Shown here: positions 1 through 12,247 of the stretch, piece by piece
Layout of the letters: each line of letters opens with the position of its first letter
Position numbering within the stretch: the stretch's first letter is position 1
NCBI GenBank assembly: GCA_038230355.1
Contig: JBBRNK010000007.1
Coordinates: 111,529-175,528, forward strand
Direction of reading: 5' to 3'
DNA: 64,000 bases
Origin: Mycobacteriales bacterium
GTDB lineage: Bacteria > Actinomycetota > Actinomycetes > Mycobacteriales > SCTD01
The notes under the pieces: model-generated
What the model was told of the DNA's origin: nothing
Database searches by the model: none
Seen by the model: only the letters and a program-made list of their open reading frames with translations
Made by a program: the position numbers and the translations under genes

Positions 1-176
1 GAGCACTCCTGCCGCGGTCGAGGACAGCGACACGGTTCCTCCCAGGGTCGAGGTGCGCCTTCCCCAGCGGCCTCGGTGCAGGTGGTCCCGCAGTGCTGTC
101 ATGTGACTGGAGTCATGGTAGCCACGCAGGCGGTCCCACCGCCACCACCCGTCCCACCCGTCCCACTCGCGTGTCG

Positions 177-1211
177 TCAGCCCGGCCAGGTGTCGAGGGC
201 TGCGAGCAGTGCCGCCTTGGTCTGCGCCGGCGCGGCGCTGGCCTGGATCGAGCAGCGGGACAGGTCCACGAGCTCGGCGTCGGATGCCCCCAGCACCGCG
301 TAGTTGTCGAGCAGGTCCGCCCAGAACAGCAGGGGGTCGTCGGCCCCGATCACGACCGGGACCCCGGCGGCCCGCAGGGCGCGCCAGGGCGAGTCCTGCA
401 CCGACGCGTGCACGTGCAGGGCCACGTTGGAGACCGGGTTGACCTCGCAGGCCACCTCGAGCGAGGCCATCACCTCCAGCAGGTCGGGGTCCTCCACCGC
501 CCGCACGCCGTGGCCGACGCGCTGCGCCCCGAGCCGCTCGACGGCCAAGCGCACGTTGCCGGCCCCGCGCAGCTCCCCCGCATGGGGTACGGCGAGCAAC
601 CCTGCCTCGCGCGCCATCCGGAAGGCCTTCTCGAACTCACGGGTATCCCCCCGGGTCTCGTCGTTGGACAGCCCGAACCCGACCACACCCCTGCCCACGA
701 AGCGCTTCGCGACCCGGGCGAGGGTCTCGGCGTCAGCCGGGTTGCGGGTGCGGTTGCCGGCGACGACCAGGCCGGTGCCAACCCCCTGCGCACCGCCGGC
801 GACGGCCAGCGCGTCGAGCAGCACCTCGACCGTGCGCTGCAGGCCGCCCAGCCGCGGCGCGTACGTCGACGGGTCGACCTGCAGCTCGAGCCACCCGACG
901 CCGGCCACCGCCTGGTCCTCGACGATCTCGGTCACCAGCCGGCGTACCTCCCGTTCCCCGACGAGCAGGGACCGCGCCGCGTCGTACAGGCGCTGGAACC
1001 TCAGCCAGCCGCGCAGGCCGGTCGCGTCGAGGTCGACGCTGGTCGGGTCGAGCAGCCCGGCCGGCAGGGTCCGGTCCTGCTCGGCGGCCAGGGCGACCAG
1101 CGTCGCAGGCCGCATCCCGCCCGTCAGATGCAGGTGCAGGTGCGCCTTGGGCAGCGTGCGCAGGTCCCCCACCGGGCCATCGTGTCGCACCCGGACCCTA
1201 CGGTCGTGCAT
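177..1211 (-). CDS. add: Adenosine deaminase family metallohydrolase
   Basis: 344-aa ORF with an N-terminal HLHLTG metal-binding His motif, SNDE and HAGE motifs typical of adenosine/AMP deaminase, and high GC3 codon bias. Confidence 0.75.
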   Translation of the reverse strand: MHDRRVRVRHDGPVGDLRTLPKAHLHLHLTGGMRPATLVALAAEQDRTLPAGLLDPTSVDLDATGLRGWLRFQRLYDAARSLLVGEREVRRLVTEIVEDQAVAGVGWLELQVDPSTYAPRLGGLQRTVEVLLDALAVAGGAQGVGTGLVVAGNRTRNPADAETLARVAKRFVGRGVVGFGLSNDETRGDTREFEKAFRMAREAGLLAVPHAGELRGAGNVRLAVERLGAQRVGHGVRAVEDPDLLEVMASLEVACEVNPVSNVALHVHASVQDSPWRALRAAGVPVVIGADDPLLFWADLLDNYAVLGASDAELVDLSRCSIQASAAPAQTKAALLAALDTWPG

Positions 1212-1254
1212 GGGATGATGGACCCCTTCCCGAAACCCCTCACCAAGGAGCAGC

Positions 1255-3318
<2,064 letters not shown>

Positions 3319-3329
3319 TCCGGGACGAC

Positions 3330-5852
3330 ATGCCACCCCGCAAGCGACTGAGCACCAAGGCCATCCCGCCCTTCGAAGGCGACGGGATCATCCTCGACAC
3401 CACCGTCGTCGATGAGATCGAGAGCTCCTACCTGGAGTACTCCTACTCCGTCATCTACAGCCGGGCCCTGCCCGACGCGCGTGACGGCCTCAAGCCCGTC
3501 CACCGCCGGATCCTCTACTCCATGTACGACGCCGGGCTGCGCCCGGACCGAGCGCACGTCAAGAGCGCCCGCGTCGTCGGGGACACTATGGGCAGGTACC
3601 ACCCGCACGGCGACATGGCGATCTACGACGCCCTGGTCCGGCTCGCCCAGCCCTTCTCGATGCGGGTGCCACTGGTCGACGGGCACGGGAACTTCGGATC
3701 TCCAGACGACTCTCCGGCTGCAGCCAGGTACACAGAAGCGCGGCTGAGCCTGGCCGCGATGACGCTGGTCGAGGGGCTCGGCGAGGAGACAGTCGACTTC
3801 GAGCCGAACTACGACGGCTCGGAACAACAGCCCTCCGTCCTGCCCGCGGCCTACCCCAACCTGCTGGTCAACGGGACCGCCGGGATCGCCGTCGGCATGG
3901 CGACGAACATGATCCCGCACAACCTCATCGAGGTCGTCGACGCTGCCCGCCACCTGCTCGACCACCCGTCGGCCGACCTCGACGACCTGATGCGGATCGT
4001 GCCCGGGCCCGACCTGCCCACCGGTGGCCAGCTGCTGGGGATGGAAGAGGTGCGTCAGGCCTACGAGACCGGGCGAGGCATCGTCCGGATGCGGGCCACC
4101 GCCGAGGTCGGGCCACTGCCCCGCGGCAAGAGCGCGATCACGGTGACGGAGCTGCCCTACGGCGTGGGCGCGGAGCGCGTCATCGCCAAGGTGAAGGAGC
4201 TCGTCAACGGCAAGAAGCTGCAGGGCATCGCCGACGTCAAGGACCTCACCGACCGGTCGGTCGGCACCAACCTGGTCTTTGAGATCAAGGCCGGCTTCAA
4301 CCCGCAGGCAGTCCTCGGCGAGCTCTACCGCCTGACGCCCCTCGAGGAGTCCTTCGGCATCAACAACCTCGCGCTGGTCGACGGGCAGCCCCGCACGCTG
4401 GGCCTCAAGCAGCTGCTGGAGGTGTTCCTCGGCCACCGGCGGGACGTGATCACCCGTCGTTCGCGCTACCGCCTGCGCAAGGCGGAGGAGCGCGCCCACC
4501 TGGTGGAGGGCCTGCTGCTCGCGCTGGCCAACATCGACGAGGTGGTCCGCATCACCCGGTCGAGCCCCGACGTGGCCGTGGCCCGCGAGAGCCTGATGGA
4601 CCGGTTCGGCTTCACCGACGTGCAAGCCGGCTACGTGCTGGACATGCAGCTGCGCCGCCTCGTGGCCCTCGAGGTCGAGAAGCTCGAAGCCGAGCTGACC
4701 GAGCTCCGGTCCACCATCGCGGGGCTGCTCGAGATCCTCAACGACCCGGAGGTGCTCAAGCGGGTCCTGGGCGAGGAGCTGACCGCTGTTGCGGAGGAAC
4801 ACGGCACCCCCCGTCGTACGGTGCTCGTCGGGGGGGACCTCAAGGCGCTGGTGACCCGCCGCGCCTCCGACCTCGAGGTCGCCGACGCCCCGTGCGACGT
4901 CCTGCTGTCGAGCACTGGCCTGCTCGCCCGCACCCCGGTTCACGGGGGCGAGACGCAGGCCGGCGGGCGGCGGCACCGGCACGATGTCATCACCGCCACC
5001 GCCCGTACGACCACCCGTGGCCACCTCGGTCTGCTCACCACGGCAGGCCGGATGGTGCGTGTCGGTGTCCTCGACATCCCCGAGGTCCCCGCCGTCACGA
5101 CGGGAGCGATCTCGCTGCGCGGTGGCGCCTCGGCCGCTGAGTTCCTCAGCCTCGAGCGGGGCGAGCGGGTGGTCGGCCTCGCGGCCATCCGCGAGGACGG
5201 CCCGGGCCTCGCGCTCGCGACCCGGCAGGGCGTGGTCAAGCGCGTCGCCCCGGAGGCCTGGCCGTCGCGCAGCGAGACCGTCGAGGTCATCAGCCTGAAG
5301 CCGGGTGACGAGGTCGTCGGCGCCGTCGAGCTGGTGGACGGTCAGGAGGAGCTGGTGCTGTTCGCCAGCACCGGTGACCTGCTGCGCTTCCCGGCGGAGG
5401 CGGTCCGACCCCAGGGCCGGGCGGCCGGCGGGATGGTCGGCATGCGGCTGGACACCGGGGCGTTCCTCGTCGGCTTCAGTGCCGTCGCGCTGTCGGGCGG
5501 CGACACGCTGTTCGAGGAGCCGGTCGTCGTGACCGCCGGCGGCCTGCCGCCGGAGCGGGGCAAGGGCGTGGGGATCTCCTCGAGCGTGAAGGTCACGCCG
5601 CTGTCGGAGTACCCCCGCAAGGGCCGAGCCACCGGCGGGGTCCGCTGCCATCGCCTGCTGTCCGGCGAGGCGCTGCTCGTGCTGGGCTGGGCCGGGACCA
5701 CCCCCTGGGCGGCCTCGGGCAACGGCGACCCGGTCGACCTGCCGCCTGCGGTCGGGAAGCGGGACGGCTCCGGGACACCCTCGGACCGGCCGGTCGCGGC
5801 CGTCGGGCAGGCCCACATCAACCGAGATGCCGGAAAAAGTCACCTTCCGTAG
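3330..5852 (+). CDS. parC: Type IIA DNA topoisomerase subunit A (GyrA/ParC family; ParC-like, no recognisable GyrA box QRRGGKG)
   Basis: 840 aa; the N-terminus ([31 protein letters not shown]) carries the active-site Tyr region. A C-terminal beta-pinwheel region is present but lacks the GyrA-box motif. There is an 11-nt gap after the B subunit. Confidence 0.85.
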   Translation: MPPRKRLSTKAIPPFEGDGIILDTTVVDEIESSYLEYSYSVIYSRALPDARDGLKPVHRRILYSMYDAGLRPDRAHVKSARVVGDTMGRYHPHGDMAIYDALVRLAQPFSMRVPLVDGHGNFGSPDDSPAAARYTEARLSLAAMTLVEGLGEETVDFEPNYDGSEQQPSVLPAAYPNLLVNGTAGIAVGMATNMIPHNLIEVVDAARHLLDHPSADLDDLMRIVPGPDLPTGGQLLGMEEVRQAYETGRGIVRMRATAEVGPLPRGKSAITVTELPYGVGAERVIAKVKELVNGKKLQGIADVKDLTDRSVGTNLVFEIKAGFNPQAVLGELYRLTPLEESFGINNLALVDGQPRTLGLKQLLEVFLGHRRDVITRRSRYRLRKAEERAHLVEGLLLALANIDEVVRITRSSPDVAVARESLMDRFGFTDVQAGYVLDMQLRRLVALEVEKLEAELTELRSTIAGLLEILNDPEVLKRVLGEELTAVAEEHGTPRRTVLVGGDLKALVTRRASDLEVADAPCDVLLSSTGLLARTPVHGGETQAGGRRHRHDVITATARTTTRGHLGLLTTAGRMVRVGVLDIPEVPAVTTGAISLRGGASAAEFLSLERGERVVGLAAIREDGPGLALATRQGVVKRVAPEAWPSRSETVEVISLKPGDEVVGAVELVDGQEELVLFASTGDLLRFPAEAVRPQGRAAGGMVGMRLDTGAFLVGFSAVALSGGDTLFEEPVVVTAGGLPPERGKGVGISSSVKVTPLSEYPRKGRATGGVRCHRLLSGEALLVLGWAGTTPWAASGNGDPVDLPPAVGKRDGSGTPSDRPVAAVGQAHINRDAGKSHLP

Positions 5853-5999
5853 TTGATCCACAGCACTCTGTGGTTCTTGCGACGGCCAACTGGGTGAACC
5901 GCAAAAACGTGTCCATGTTGCTGTAGTCACGGGCGATTGTCCCGGATACGTTCGGCCCGCGGCCACCCTGTCGGGTGCCGACGACATCGGAGGACTCGA

Positions 6000-8597
6000 A
6001 TGCGTTCTGTTTCACCGGGTAGGCGCTGGCCGCTGGCGGTCGCGGCTGTTGCCGGCCTGACCGCCGCGGTCGCGACGACGGGCACCCCCGTCACCAGCGC
6101 CGCCCCCTCGACAACCGCCGACTTGCGCGCAGCCTTGCGCGGCGCCGCCCACGCCCCCACGACGGAGCGTTTCGGCGTCATCGGCGGCGGCGGCGGCGAG
6201 TCCGCAGAGCTGCGGTCGCAGGCGGAGCAGTACGCCCAGGCCCGCACCGCGCCCGGCATCGTCGCCGCCGGCGCCTACTCCACGGCCTTCGCGTCGCTCA
6301 GTGGCCTGCCTGCCGCTGGCTCCTCCCAGGAGCTAAGCACCAAGCCCTACAACAGCGACGACCTGCGCTACCGCGACCCGAACGCCTCCAACTCAACCGG
6401 TGGCTCCGGCATCGTGACCGGACGCATCACCGGCATGGCCTACGACACCACCGACAACGTGGTGTTCGCCGGCGGGGCCGACGGTGGGGTCTTCCGCGGC
6501 ACATTCGACACCGCCGGCAAAGTTTCCTGGACCGCGATCAGCGACAACCTCCCCACCCTGTCGACCGGTGACCTCGAGTACGACGCCGCGACGAACTCGC
6601 TGTGGTACGCCACGGGCGAGGGCAACACCGGCGGCACGTCCTACGTCGGCTCCGGGGTCTACCGGCTGGCCAACCCCGCCACAGGCGTCTTCGCCCCGTC
6701 GAACCGCGTGGGCGGGACCGAGCTCGAGAGCACCAACATCAACAAGGTCCGCTTCGACGGCAAGGGCCGCATCATCGCGGCGACGACGCGTGGCCTGTGG
6801 GCGCACAGCACCGCCGGCACCTCAGGCGCCTGGACGTTCCTCTACGCCCCCAACCCGAGCTACCTGGCCGGCGGCGCTGACGCGGCGACGCCCAACGCGG
6901 CCTACAAGAACATCGTCAACGACGTTGCGGTGCAGCCGGACGGCACGGGCAAGCACATGGTGGCCGACATCGCCTGGCGCGGCGGCGACACCTACAACGG
7001 CTTCTACCGCTCCGACGACGCCGGGAAGACCTGGGCGAAGGTCAACCCGACCGGCGCGATCAACCCCAAGGAGATCGGCAACGCCGAGTTCGCCTACTCC
7101 GCCGACGGCTCCAAGCTCTACACGGTCGTGGAGTCGACGGTGCTGTACGCCAAGGCGACCGGCACCGTGAACAGCTACCTGGCCGGCGTCTACGTCTCCA
7201 ACAGCGGCAGCGTCGACGGCCCCTGGAACGTCATCGCCGACAGCCAGAAGCTGGCCGGCAGCGGCTCCGCCCTCAAGCAGTCCCTGCAGGGCAAGGGCTA
7301 CGGCCCTGGCGTACAGGTCTGGTACAACAACTTCATCCAGGTCGACCCGGCTGACGCCAACCACGTCTGGCTCGGCCTCGAAGAGGTCTTCGAGACCACG
7401 AACGGCGGCAGCAGCTGGACGACGCCCGGCCCGTACTGGAACTTCAGCTTCCCGTGCTGGTCGTTCGACCCGACCAAGAACACCTGCTCCAAGACGACCC
7501 ACAGCGACCAGCACGCCATCGCGGTCGGCAACGGTCGGGTCTACGTCGGCAACGACGGTGGTGCCTACAGCCGCCCGGTCCGCGGGACGCTCGACGCGGG
7601 TGGCCACGCCAACGACTGGCGAAGCCTGAACGCCGGCCTCGACACGCTGCAGTACTACTCGGTCGGCGTCGGCACCACGAACGGCACCAGCCTGCTTTCC
7701 GGTGGTCTGCAGGACAACGGCCAGTCGCTGCAACTCGGTACCGACACCAACGCCGGTTCGCCGTTCGGAGGTGACGGTGGTGACACCCTGGTCGACCCGC
7801 GGGAGGGCAAGGGCTGCAACATCGTCGCGGAGTACGTCTTCCTCGCGATGTCAGTCACCAACAACTGTGGCGTCTCCGACGGCACCACCCCGGCGATCCG
7901 GAGCATCGACCCGGGCGACCCGGGCTCGCGCTTCATCGCGCCGTTCACCGCGGACACCACCAACCCCGACAGCTGGCTCGCCGGTGGTCGGTACGTCTGG
8001 ACCCAGGACAAGGGCTATGCGATCGCCAGCGGTGCCGACTGGACCAAGGCGTTCGACGTCGGTGCCGGCCACGCGATCACCGCGACCGCCCTGCAGAACG
8101 GCACCGGCTGGGTCACCTGGTGCGGTCCGTGCAACAACAACGGCTTCACCCGCGGCGCCGCGACCAACGCCGGCGGCAGCTGGCACCAGGTCAGCCTGCC
8201 CTCGACCGTCCCCAACCGCTTCCTCGCGGGTACGACGATCGACCCGGCTGACGCCACCGGCAAGACGGCCTACGTCGTGGTCAACGGCTTCAGCCGCCGC
8301 TTCACCGAGGGACCCGGCGCCGGGCTCGGTCACCTCTACCGCACGACCGACGGCGGTCTGACCTGGACGGACGCCAGCACCGCGCTGCCGGACGTTCCCG
8401 CGTCCTCGTTGGTGATCGCCGCCTCGGGCTGGTACCTGGGTACCGACCTCGGCGTCCTCACCAGCACCGACCGGGGCGCCTCGTGGAAGCGGGTCGCGGG
8501 CTTCCCCTACGTCACCGTGATGCAGCTCCGCCTCGGACCGGACGGCGTGGTCTACGCCGCGACCCACGGCCGCGGCCTCTGGAAGGTCTCGGCCTAG
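6000..8597 (+). CDS. Secreted BNR/Asp-box repeat beta-propeller protein (sortilin/GH74-like); paralog of 59960..62758
   Basis: ATG at 6000 is preceded by GGAGG. The signal peptide is RRWPLAVAAVAGLTAAVATTG. Multiple S-x-D-x-G-x-(S/T)-W Asp-box repeats are present (DDAGKTW, NGGSSWTT, TDGGLTWTD, DRGASWKR). The C-terminal motif YAATHGRGLW is shared with the second copy. Confidence 0.8.
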   Translation: MRSVSPGRRWPLAVAAVAGLTAAVATTGTPVTSAAPSTTADLRAALRGAAHAPTTERFGVIGGGGGESAELRSQAEQYAQARTAPGIVAAGAYSTAFASLSGLPAAGSSQELSTKPYNSDDLRYRDPNASNSTGGSGIVTGRITGMAYDTTDNVVFAGGADGGVFRGTFDTAGKVSWTAISDNLPTLSTGDLEYDAATNSLWYATGEGNTGGTSYVGSGVYRLANPATGVFAPSNRVGGTELESTNINKVRFDGKGRIIAATTRGLWAHSTAGTSGAWTFLYAPNPSYLAGGADAATPNAAYKNIVNDVAVQPDGTGKHMVADIAWRGGDTYNGFYRSDDAGKTWAKVNPTGAINPKEIGNAEFAYSADGSKLYTVVESTVLYAKATGTVNSYLAGVYVSNSGSVDGPWNVIADSQKLAGSGSALKQSLQGKGYGPGVQVWYNNFIQVDPADANHVWLGLEEVFETTNGGSSWTTPGPYWNFSFPCWSFDPTKNTCSKTTHSDQHAIAVGNGRVYVGNDGGAYSRPVRGTLDAGGHANDWRSLNAGLDTLQYYSVGVGTTNGTSLLSGGLQDNGQSLQLGTDTNAGSPFGGDGGDTLVDPREGKGCNIVAEYVFLAMSVTNNCGVSDGTTPAIRSIDPGDPGSRFIAPFTADTTNPDSWLAGGRYVWTQDKGYAIASGADWTKAFDVGAGHAITATALQNGTGWVTWCGPCNNNGFTRGAATNAGGSWHQVSLPSTVPNRFLAGTTIDPADATGKTAYVVVNGFSRRFTEGPGAGLGHLYRTTDGGLTWTDASTALPDVPASSLVIAASGWYLGTDLGVLTSTDRGASWKRVAGFPYVTVMQLRLGPDGVVYAATHGRGLWKVSA

Positions 8598-8609
8598 ACA
8601 CCAGCACGA

Positions 8610-8677
8610 CCGGCTCCGGTACGACGAAGGCCCGGCTCCCCGCAGAGGGGGCCGGGCCTTCGTCGTACCGGAGCCGG
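8610..8677. terminator. Long perfect hairpin (27-bp stem, ~14-nt loop) between convergent genes; candidate bidirectional intrinsic terminator
   Basis: ccggctccggtacgacgaaggcccggc at 8610-8636 pairs perfectly with gccgggccttcgtcgtaccggagccgg at 8651-8677. It starts 13 nt after the BNR gene stop (8597) and abuts the stop of the minus-strand ORF at 8679. Confidence 0.65.
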
Positions 8678-8678
8678 A

Positions 8679-8897
8679 TCAGGCCCCGATCGGGCAGCCG
8701 TCCTCGTGGAGCTCAGGGACGTTGCAGGCCGGGTGCATCGCGAGGAACTCCCTGGTCGCCTGGTCCAGGGGTACGCCCTCAGGTGCCGGGCAGTGCTCCC
8801 CGCACACCCTGCAGCTGAAGACGACCTTCCCCTGCGGGTCGATCGACACCTGGACGAGATCCACAACACCCTCCCTGTTCACGACGGGGTCGAGCAC
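8679..8897 (-). CDS. Small Cys-rich hypothetical protein (72 aa, 5 Cys incl. CxxC; possible metal-binding)
   Basis: GTG start with mostly G/C third positions. The SCRVCGEHC...HPAC...DGCP pattern is present. Its stop abuts the terminator hairpin. No family assignment could be made. Confidence 0.4.
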   Translation of the reverse strand: MLDPVVNREGVVDLVQVSIDPQGKVVFSCRVCGEHCPAPEGVPLDQATREFLAMHPACNVPELHEDGCPIGA

Positions 8898-8993
8898 GAG
8901 CTCTGCCCACCCTTACCCTGCGGATCGGCTTCTACGCCGCACCGGTGCGCGCGGTCGTCGACCAGGGCCGACGCAGGGCCGCCCTCCCCGCTG

Positions 8994-10226
8994 CTACCGG
9001 AACAGTCCCACTGCCGCGGGGCTCAAGCCAGGGAAGACGCCCGCGGCGGCTGACGGCGACAGGCCCTGGCGCTTGACGAGCAGCTCGACCAGCACGTTCC
9101 GGTAGTCGGTGGTGCCGGCCAGGTCGCCGTCGTCGAGCTTGTCGGCGGCGAGCCCGGGCCAGGTGCCGTGCACCTGTCCGCCGTTGAGCCCGCCGCCGAG
9201 GGCGAGCAGGACGTTGCCGTGGCCGTGGTCGACGCCGCCGGAGCCGTTCTCCTCGACGCGGCGGCCGAACTCGCTGAGGGTCACCACGGTGACGTTCGCG
9301 AACAGCGAGCCCAGGTCCTGGGCGAATGCAGCCAGCGACTGGGCGACCTCGCCGAGGTGGGTGAGCATCTTGCCGTCACCCGCCGCCCCGAGGTCGGTGT
9401 GCATGTCCCAGTCGCCGAAGTCCACACTCACCGCCTGCAGTCCCGCTGCCCCGCGGACCAGCCGTGCGACGTCCGCCATCGCGTCGCCGAGACCGCCGGT
9501 CGGGTAGACCGCGCCGTTCTTCGGGGTGCGGTCGGCGGCGACCAGGGCAGCGACCGTCTCGAGGGCGTCGAGGGTGATCGTGGCGGGCGCGACCGCCGGG
9601 CTCGTCACACCTTGGTGCAGTGCGCGCAGGGTGGTCGCGAAGCGCGGCCCGAGCCAGGAGGATCCGGACAGCGAGAAGGCGTCGAGCGAGCCCGCAGCGA
9701 GAACCGCCTCGGGTCCGGCCAGCAACCCCGAGGGTGCGGTGTCGCCGAGCTGGACGGCCTGGAACGGCGTACCCGAGCCGGCGACCCCGACAACCCGGTC
9801 CAACCAGCCGGTCCGCAGCGACGTGCCGGGTGCGGCCCGCTCGAGCTCCTCGGTGGCCTGGAAATGGCTTCGGCTCAGGTCGGGGGTACCGACCGCGTGG
9901 ACCGCGGCCATCTGCCCGCCGTCCCACAGCGGTTTCAGGGGCGCGAGGGCAGGGTGGAGGCCGAAGCGCCGGTCCCCGGTGGGCAGGGCCCTGGAGGCGG
10001 GGATCGCGATCGTCGGGCGGGCGACGGCGTAGTCGGGGTCGCCAACCGGAGCCACGACCGAAAGCCCGTCGAACCCGCCGCGCAGGCTCAGGACCACCAA
10101 CACCGGCCCCGTGTACGGCGTGGCCGTGGCGGCGTAGCTGGCCCGCACCGACAGCAGCGGACTGGCAGCCACCGCGCCGGCGGCAACGCCGAGGCCCTGC
10201 AGGAAGCAGCGACGTGAGACGGTCAT
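8994..10226 (-). CDS. DUF1501 family protein (Tat-secreted, sulfatase-like fold)
   Basis: Internal start MTVSRRCFLQGLGVAAGAVAASPLL is a twin-arginine signal. Conserved DUF1501 blocks are present (GGFDGLS, DFGDWDMH, TLSEFGRR). The ATG at 10224-10226 overlaps the upstream gene stop (ATGA). Confidence 0.85.
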   Translation of the reverse strand: MTVSRRCFLQGLGVAAGAVAASPLLSVRASYAATATPYTGPVLVVLSLRGGFDGLSVVAPVGDPDYAVARPTIAIPASRALPTGDRRFGLHPALAPLKPLWDGGQMAAVHAVGTPDLSRSHFQATEELERAAPGTSLRTGWLDRVVGVAGSGTPFQAVQLGDTAPSGLLAGPEAVLAAGSLDAFSLSGSSWLGPRFATTLRALHQGVTSPAVAPATITLDALETVAALVAADRTPKNGAVYPTGGLGDAMADVARLVRGAAGLQAVSVDFGDWDMHTDLGAAGDGKMLTHLGEVAQSLAAFAQDLGSLFANVTVVTLSEFGRRVEENGSGGVDHGHGNVLLALGGGLNGGQVHGTWPGLAADKLDDGDLAGTTDYRNVLVELLVKRQGLSPSAAAGVFPGLSPAAVGLFR

Positions 10227-11713
10227 CGGGCACTCCTCTGGGGCATGTCCAGGACGAGCGTCACCAGCGGCTCGAAGTCCCACTGCAGGTCGCCCTGTCC
10301 CAGCGGGCCGTCGGCTCCGAGGAAGGCGATCAGGGCTGCGCGGTGCTGCGCGGGCACGGTCGCTCCCGGCACCAACCGAGCCAGCAGGGCGTCGACCAGG
10401 GCGCCCCTCGTCGCGGGCCTGGAGGCTCCGAGCAGGTAGGTCGGCAGGTCGCGCTGGAAGACCATCGCCCCGTTGTCCCACCAACCGCCGACCAGCCCGA
10501 GGTGGGTGTTCCAACGACCGAGGGTGCCCCCGGCGCCGGTCCAGCCGCCGGTGACGTCCGGGTAGCCGTCGGGCAGGCCCCATCCCAACGGTGCCTGTCC
10601 GAGCTGGCCGAGCGTCCAGGCCAGGTCACCGAGGTCGCGGGCGGGGTCGGAGTGCGCACTGATGCCCAGTGCGCGCGCCACGCTGACGATGTCCTCGTAC
10701 GGCCGGCGCTGCTTCTGCCCGACGCTCGCGGCGAACTCCGCGCTGCCGAACAGCGCCCGCAGCACCGGTACGACGGCCGTGCCGCCCGCCAGGTAGACCT
10801 GCGCGAGGCGGTCCACCAGGGCCTGCGGAGGGGCGTCGGAGACGAACCGGACGGCGAGCTTCGCGGCGATCCGCTGCGCCGTCTCCGGACGCCGCGCGAG
10901 GTAGCGGACCATGCTCTGCGCGACGACCTTGCCCTGGGTCGCGTCGGCGTTGGGGTGCGTCCAGCCCATGACCTGGACGGGACCGACGTAATGCCAGTCG
11001 GAGCGGTATCGCAAGGTGCCCTGGTTGGCCGGCGTACCGCCGTTCCAGCGGTTCCAGACCGACAGGCCGGTGAGCACGCGGGCCGCGTTGATGATGTCGG
11101 TGTGGGTGTAGCCGGCGTCCACGCCGACGGTGTGCAGCTCGAGCAGCTCACGGCTGTAGTTCTCGTTGGGGGCGTCGCCGTTGGACTCGGCGTTTCCCAG
11201 GTAGAGCAGCATCGCGGGGCTGGTCGAGGACGCGAGCAGCAGGTCCTCGAAGGTCCCGAGGGCGTGCTCGCGGATGACGGTGCGGTCATCCCATGGCTTG
11301 GTCGACCAGACCTCGCTGCTCGGGCAGGTGATGTTGAGGTGGTTGGACCAGAACTCGCACATCACCTCGAACAGCTGCCGCTTGGACCAAAGGGCCCTGG
11401 CGAGGGTGGCCTGCACGACCTGCTCCATGGCGTCCCAGCTGCCCTGGCTGATCGCGGCCTCGACCGCTGGTGCAGTCGCGGAAGCGAGCGGCCAACGGGC
11501 CAGGACCGCGTCGCAGGCGGTGTCGTCGATGGTGGCTGGGGCGAGCTGGCGGTCGAGCCACGCGCCCGGCGATCCCATCCGCACGACGTCGGTCAGCGAC
11601 TCGGGGGTGGCGCCGTAGGTGGTGCGCGAAAGAAGGTGCCGGGCCGCGGGAGCGTTGACTCTCGGTACGAGCGACCACGCGGGGGCGTGCGGCCGACGCC
11701 GGGGTGTGGTCAT
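10223..11713 (-). CDS. DUF1800 family protein (conserved partner of DUF1501)
   Basis: 496 aa carrying typical DUF1800 blocks (LLSRTTYGATP, FWSNHLN, ELHTVGVDAGYT). Its stop overlaps the DUF1501 start. Confidence 0.85.
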   Translation of the reverse strand: MTTPRRRPHAPAWSLVPRVNAPAARHLLSRTTYGATPESLTDVVRMGSPGAWLDRQLAPATIDDTACDAVLARWPLASATAPAVEAAISQGSWDAMEQVVQATLARALWSKRQLFEVMCEFWSNHLNITCPSSEVWSTKPWDDRTVIREHALGTFEDLLLASSTSPAMLLYLGNAESNGDAPNENYSRELLELHTVGVDAGYTHTDIINAARVLTGLSVWNRWNGGTPANQGTLRYRSDWHYVGPVQVMGWTHPNADATQGKVVAQSMVRYLARRPETAQRIAAKLAVRFVSDAPPQALVDRLAQVYLAGGTAVVPVLRALFGSAEFAASVGQKQRRPYEDIVSVARALGISAHSDPARDLGDLAWTLGQLGQAPLGWGLPDGYPDVTGGWTGAGGTLGRWNTHLGLVGGWWDNGAMVFQRDLPTYLLGASRPATRGALVDALLARLVPGATVPAQHRAALIAFLGADGPLGQGDLQWDFEPLVTLVLDMPQRSAR

Positions 11714-11794
11714 ACCGTCTTCTCGACGCCTGGGCCGTCCGTGTTGAGCCCTGTCCTCCGAACGGGTCAGCGTCCGCCCCGTCGGGGCGGGGTC

Positions 11795-12229
11795 TCAGGG
11801 CTTGTCGAACCAGGCCAGGACGTATCCGTACGGGACGAAGCGGAACAACCCGACGCACCCCGCCCCGGTGCGGCAGTAGAGCGGCTGCAGGTCCTCAGGG
11901 GCGCCTCCCGTGGAGAAGTCGCGCCCGGTCGCCCCGGTGACGTCCTCGTGCCAGCCCGCGCGGACGAGCGAGCCGAACAGCTCCTGGACGTCGGCCCGTC
12001 GGTCGCCACCGGCACGCACGATCAGAAAGCTGCGCGGGCCGCCGTGCGGGTCACAGCCGGCGAGCTCGTTGCCCTCGCGGCAGTTGCCACGGACGCTCTC
12101 CAGCCTCTGCCCAGCCGGGTAGGGCAGGTCCGGGCGGGGTGGACGCACCGCCTGCTGGTAACCGAGAACGGCGGCCCCGACGACGAGCATGCCGACCACC
12201 GCGACGACGGTCGTGCGACCCCCACCCAC
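11795..12229 (-). CDS. Hypothetical membrane-anchored small protein (N-terminal TM helix, 4 Cys in the exported part)
   Basis: The ORF has a hydrophobic N-terminus (VVAVVGMLVVGAAVLGY) and high GC3. The start is ambiguous (GTG at 12229 or ATG at 12189). Confidence 0.4.
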   Translation of the reverse strand: MGGGRTTVVAVVGMLVVGAAVLGYQQAVRPPRPDLPYPAGQRLESVRGNCREGNELAGCDPHGGPRSFLIVRAGGDRRADVQELFGSLVRAGWHEDVTGATGRDFSTGGAPEDLQPLYCRTGAGCVGLFRFVPYGYVLAWFDKP

Positions 12230-12247
12230 CGGGCCACCGTAGCCGAG

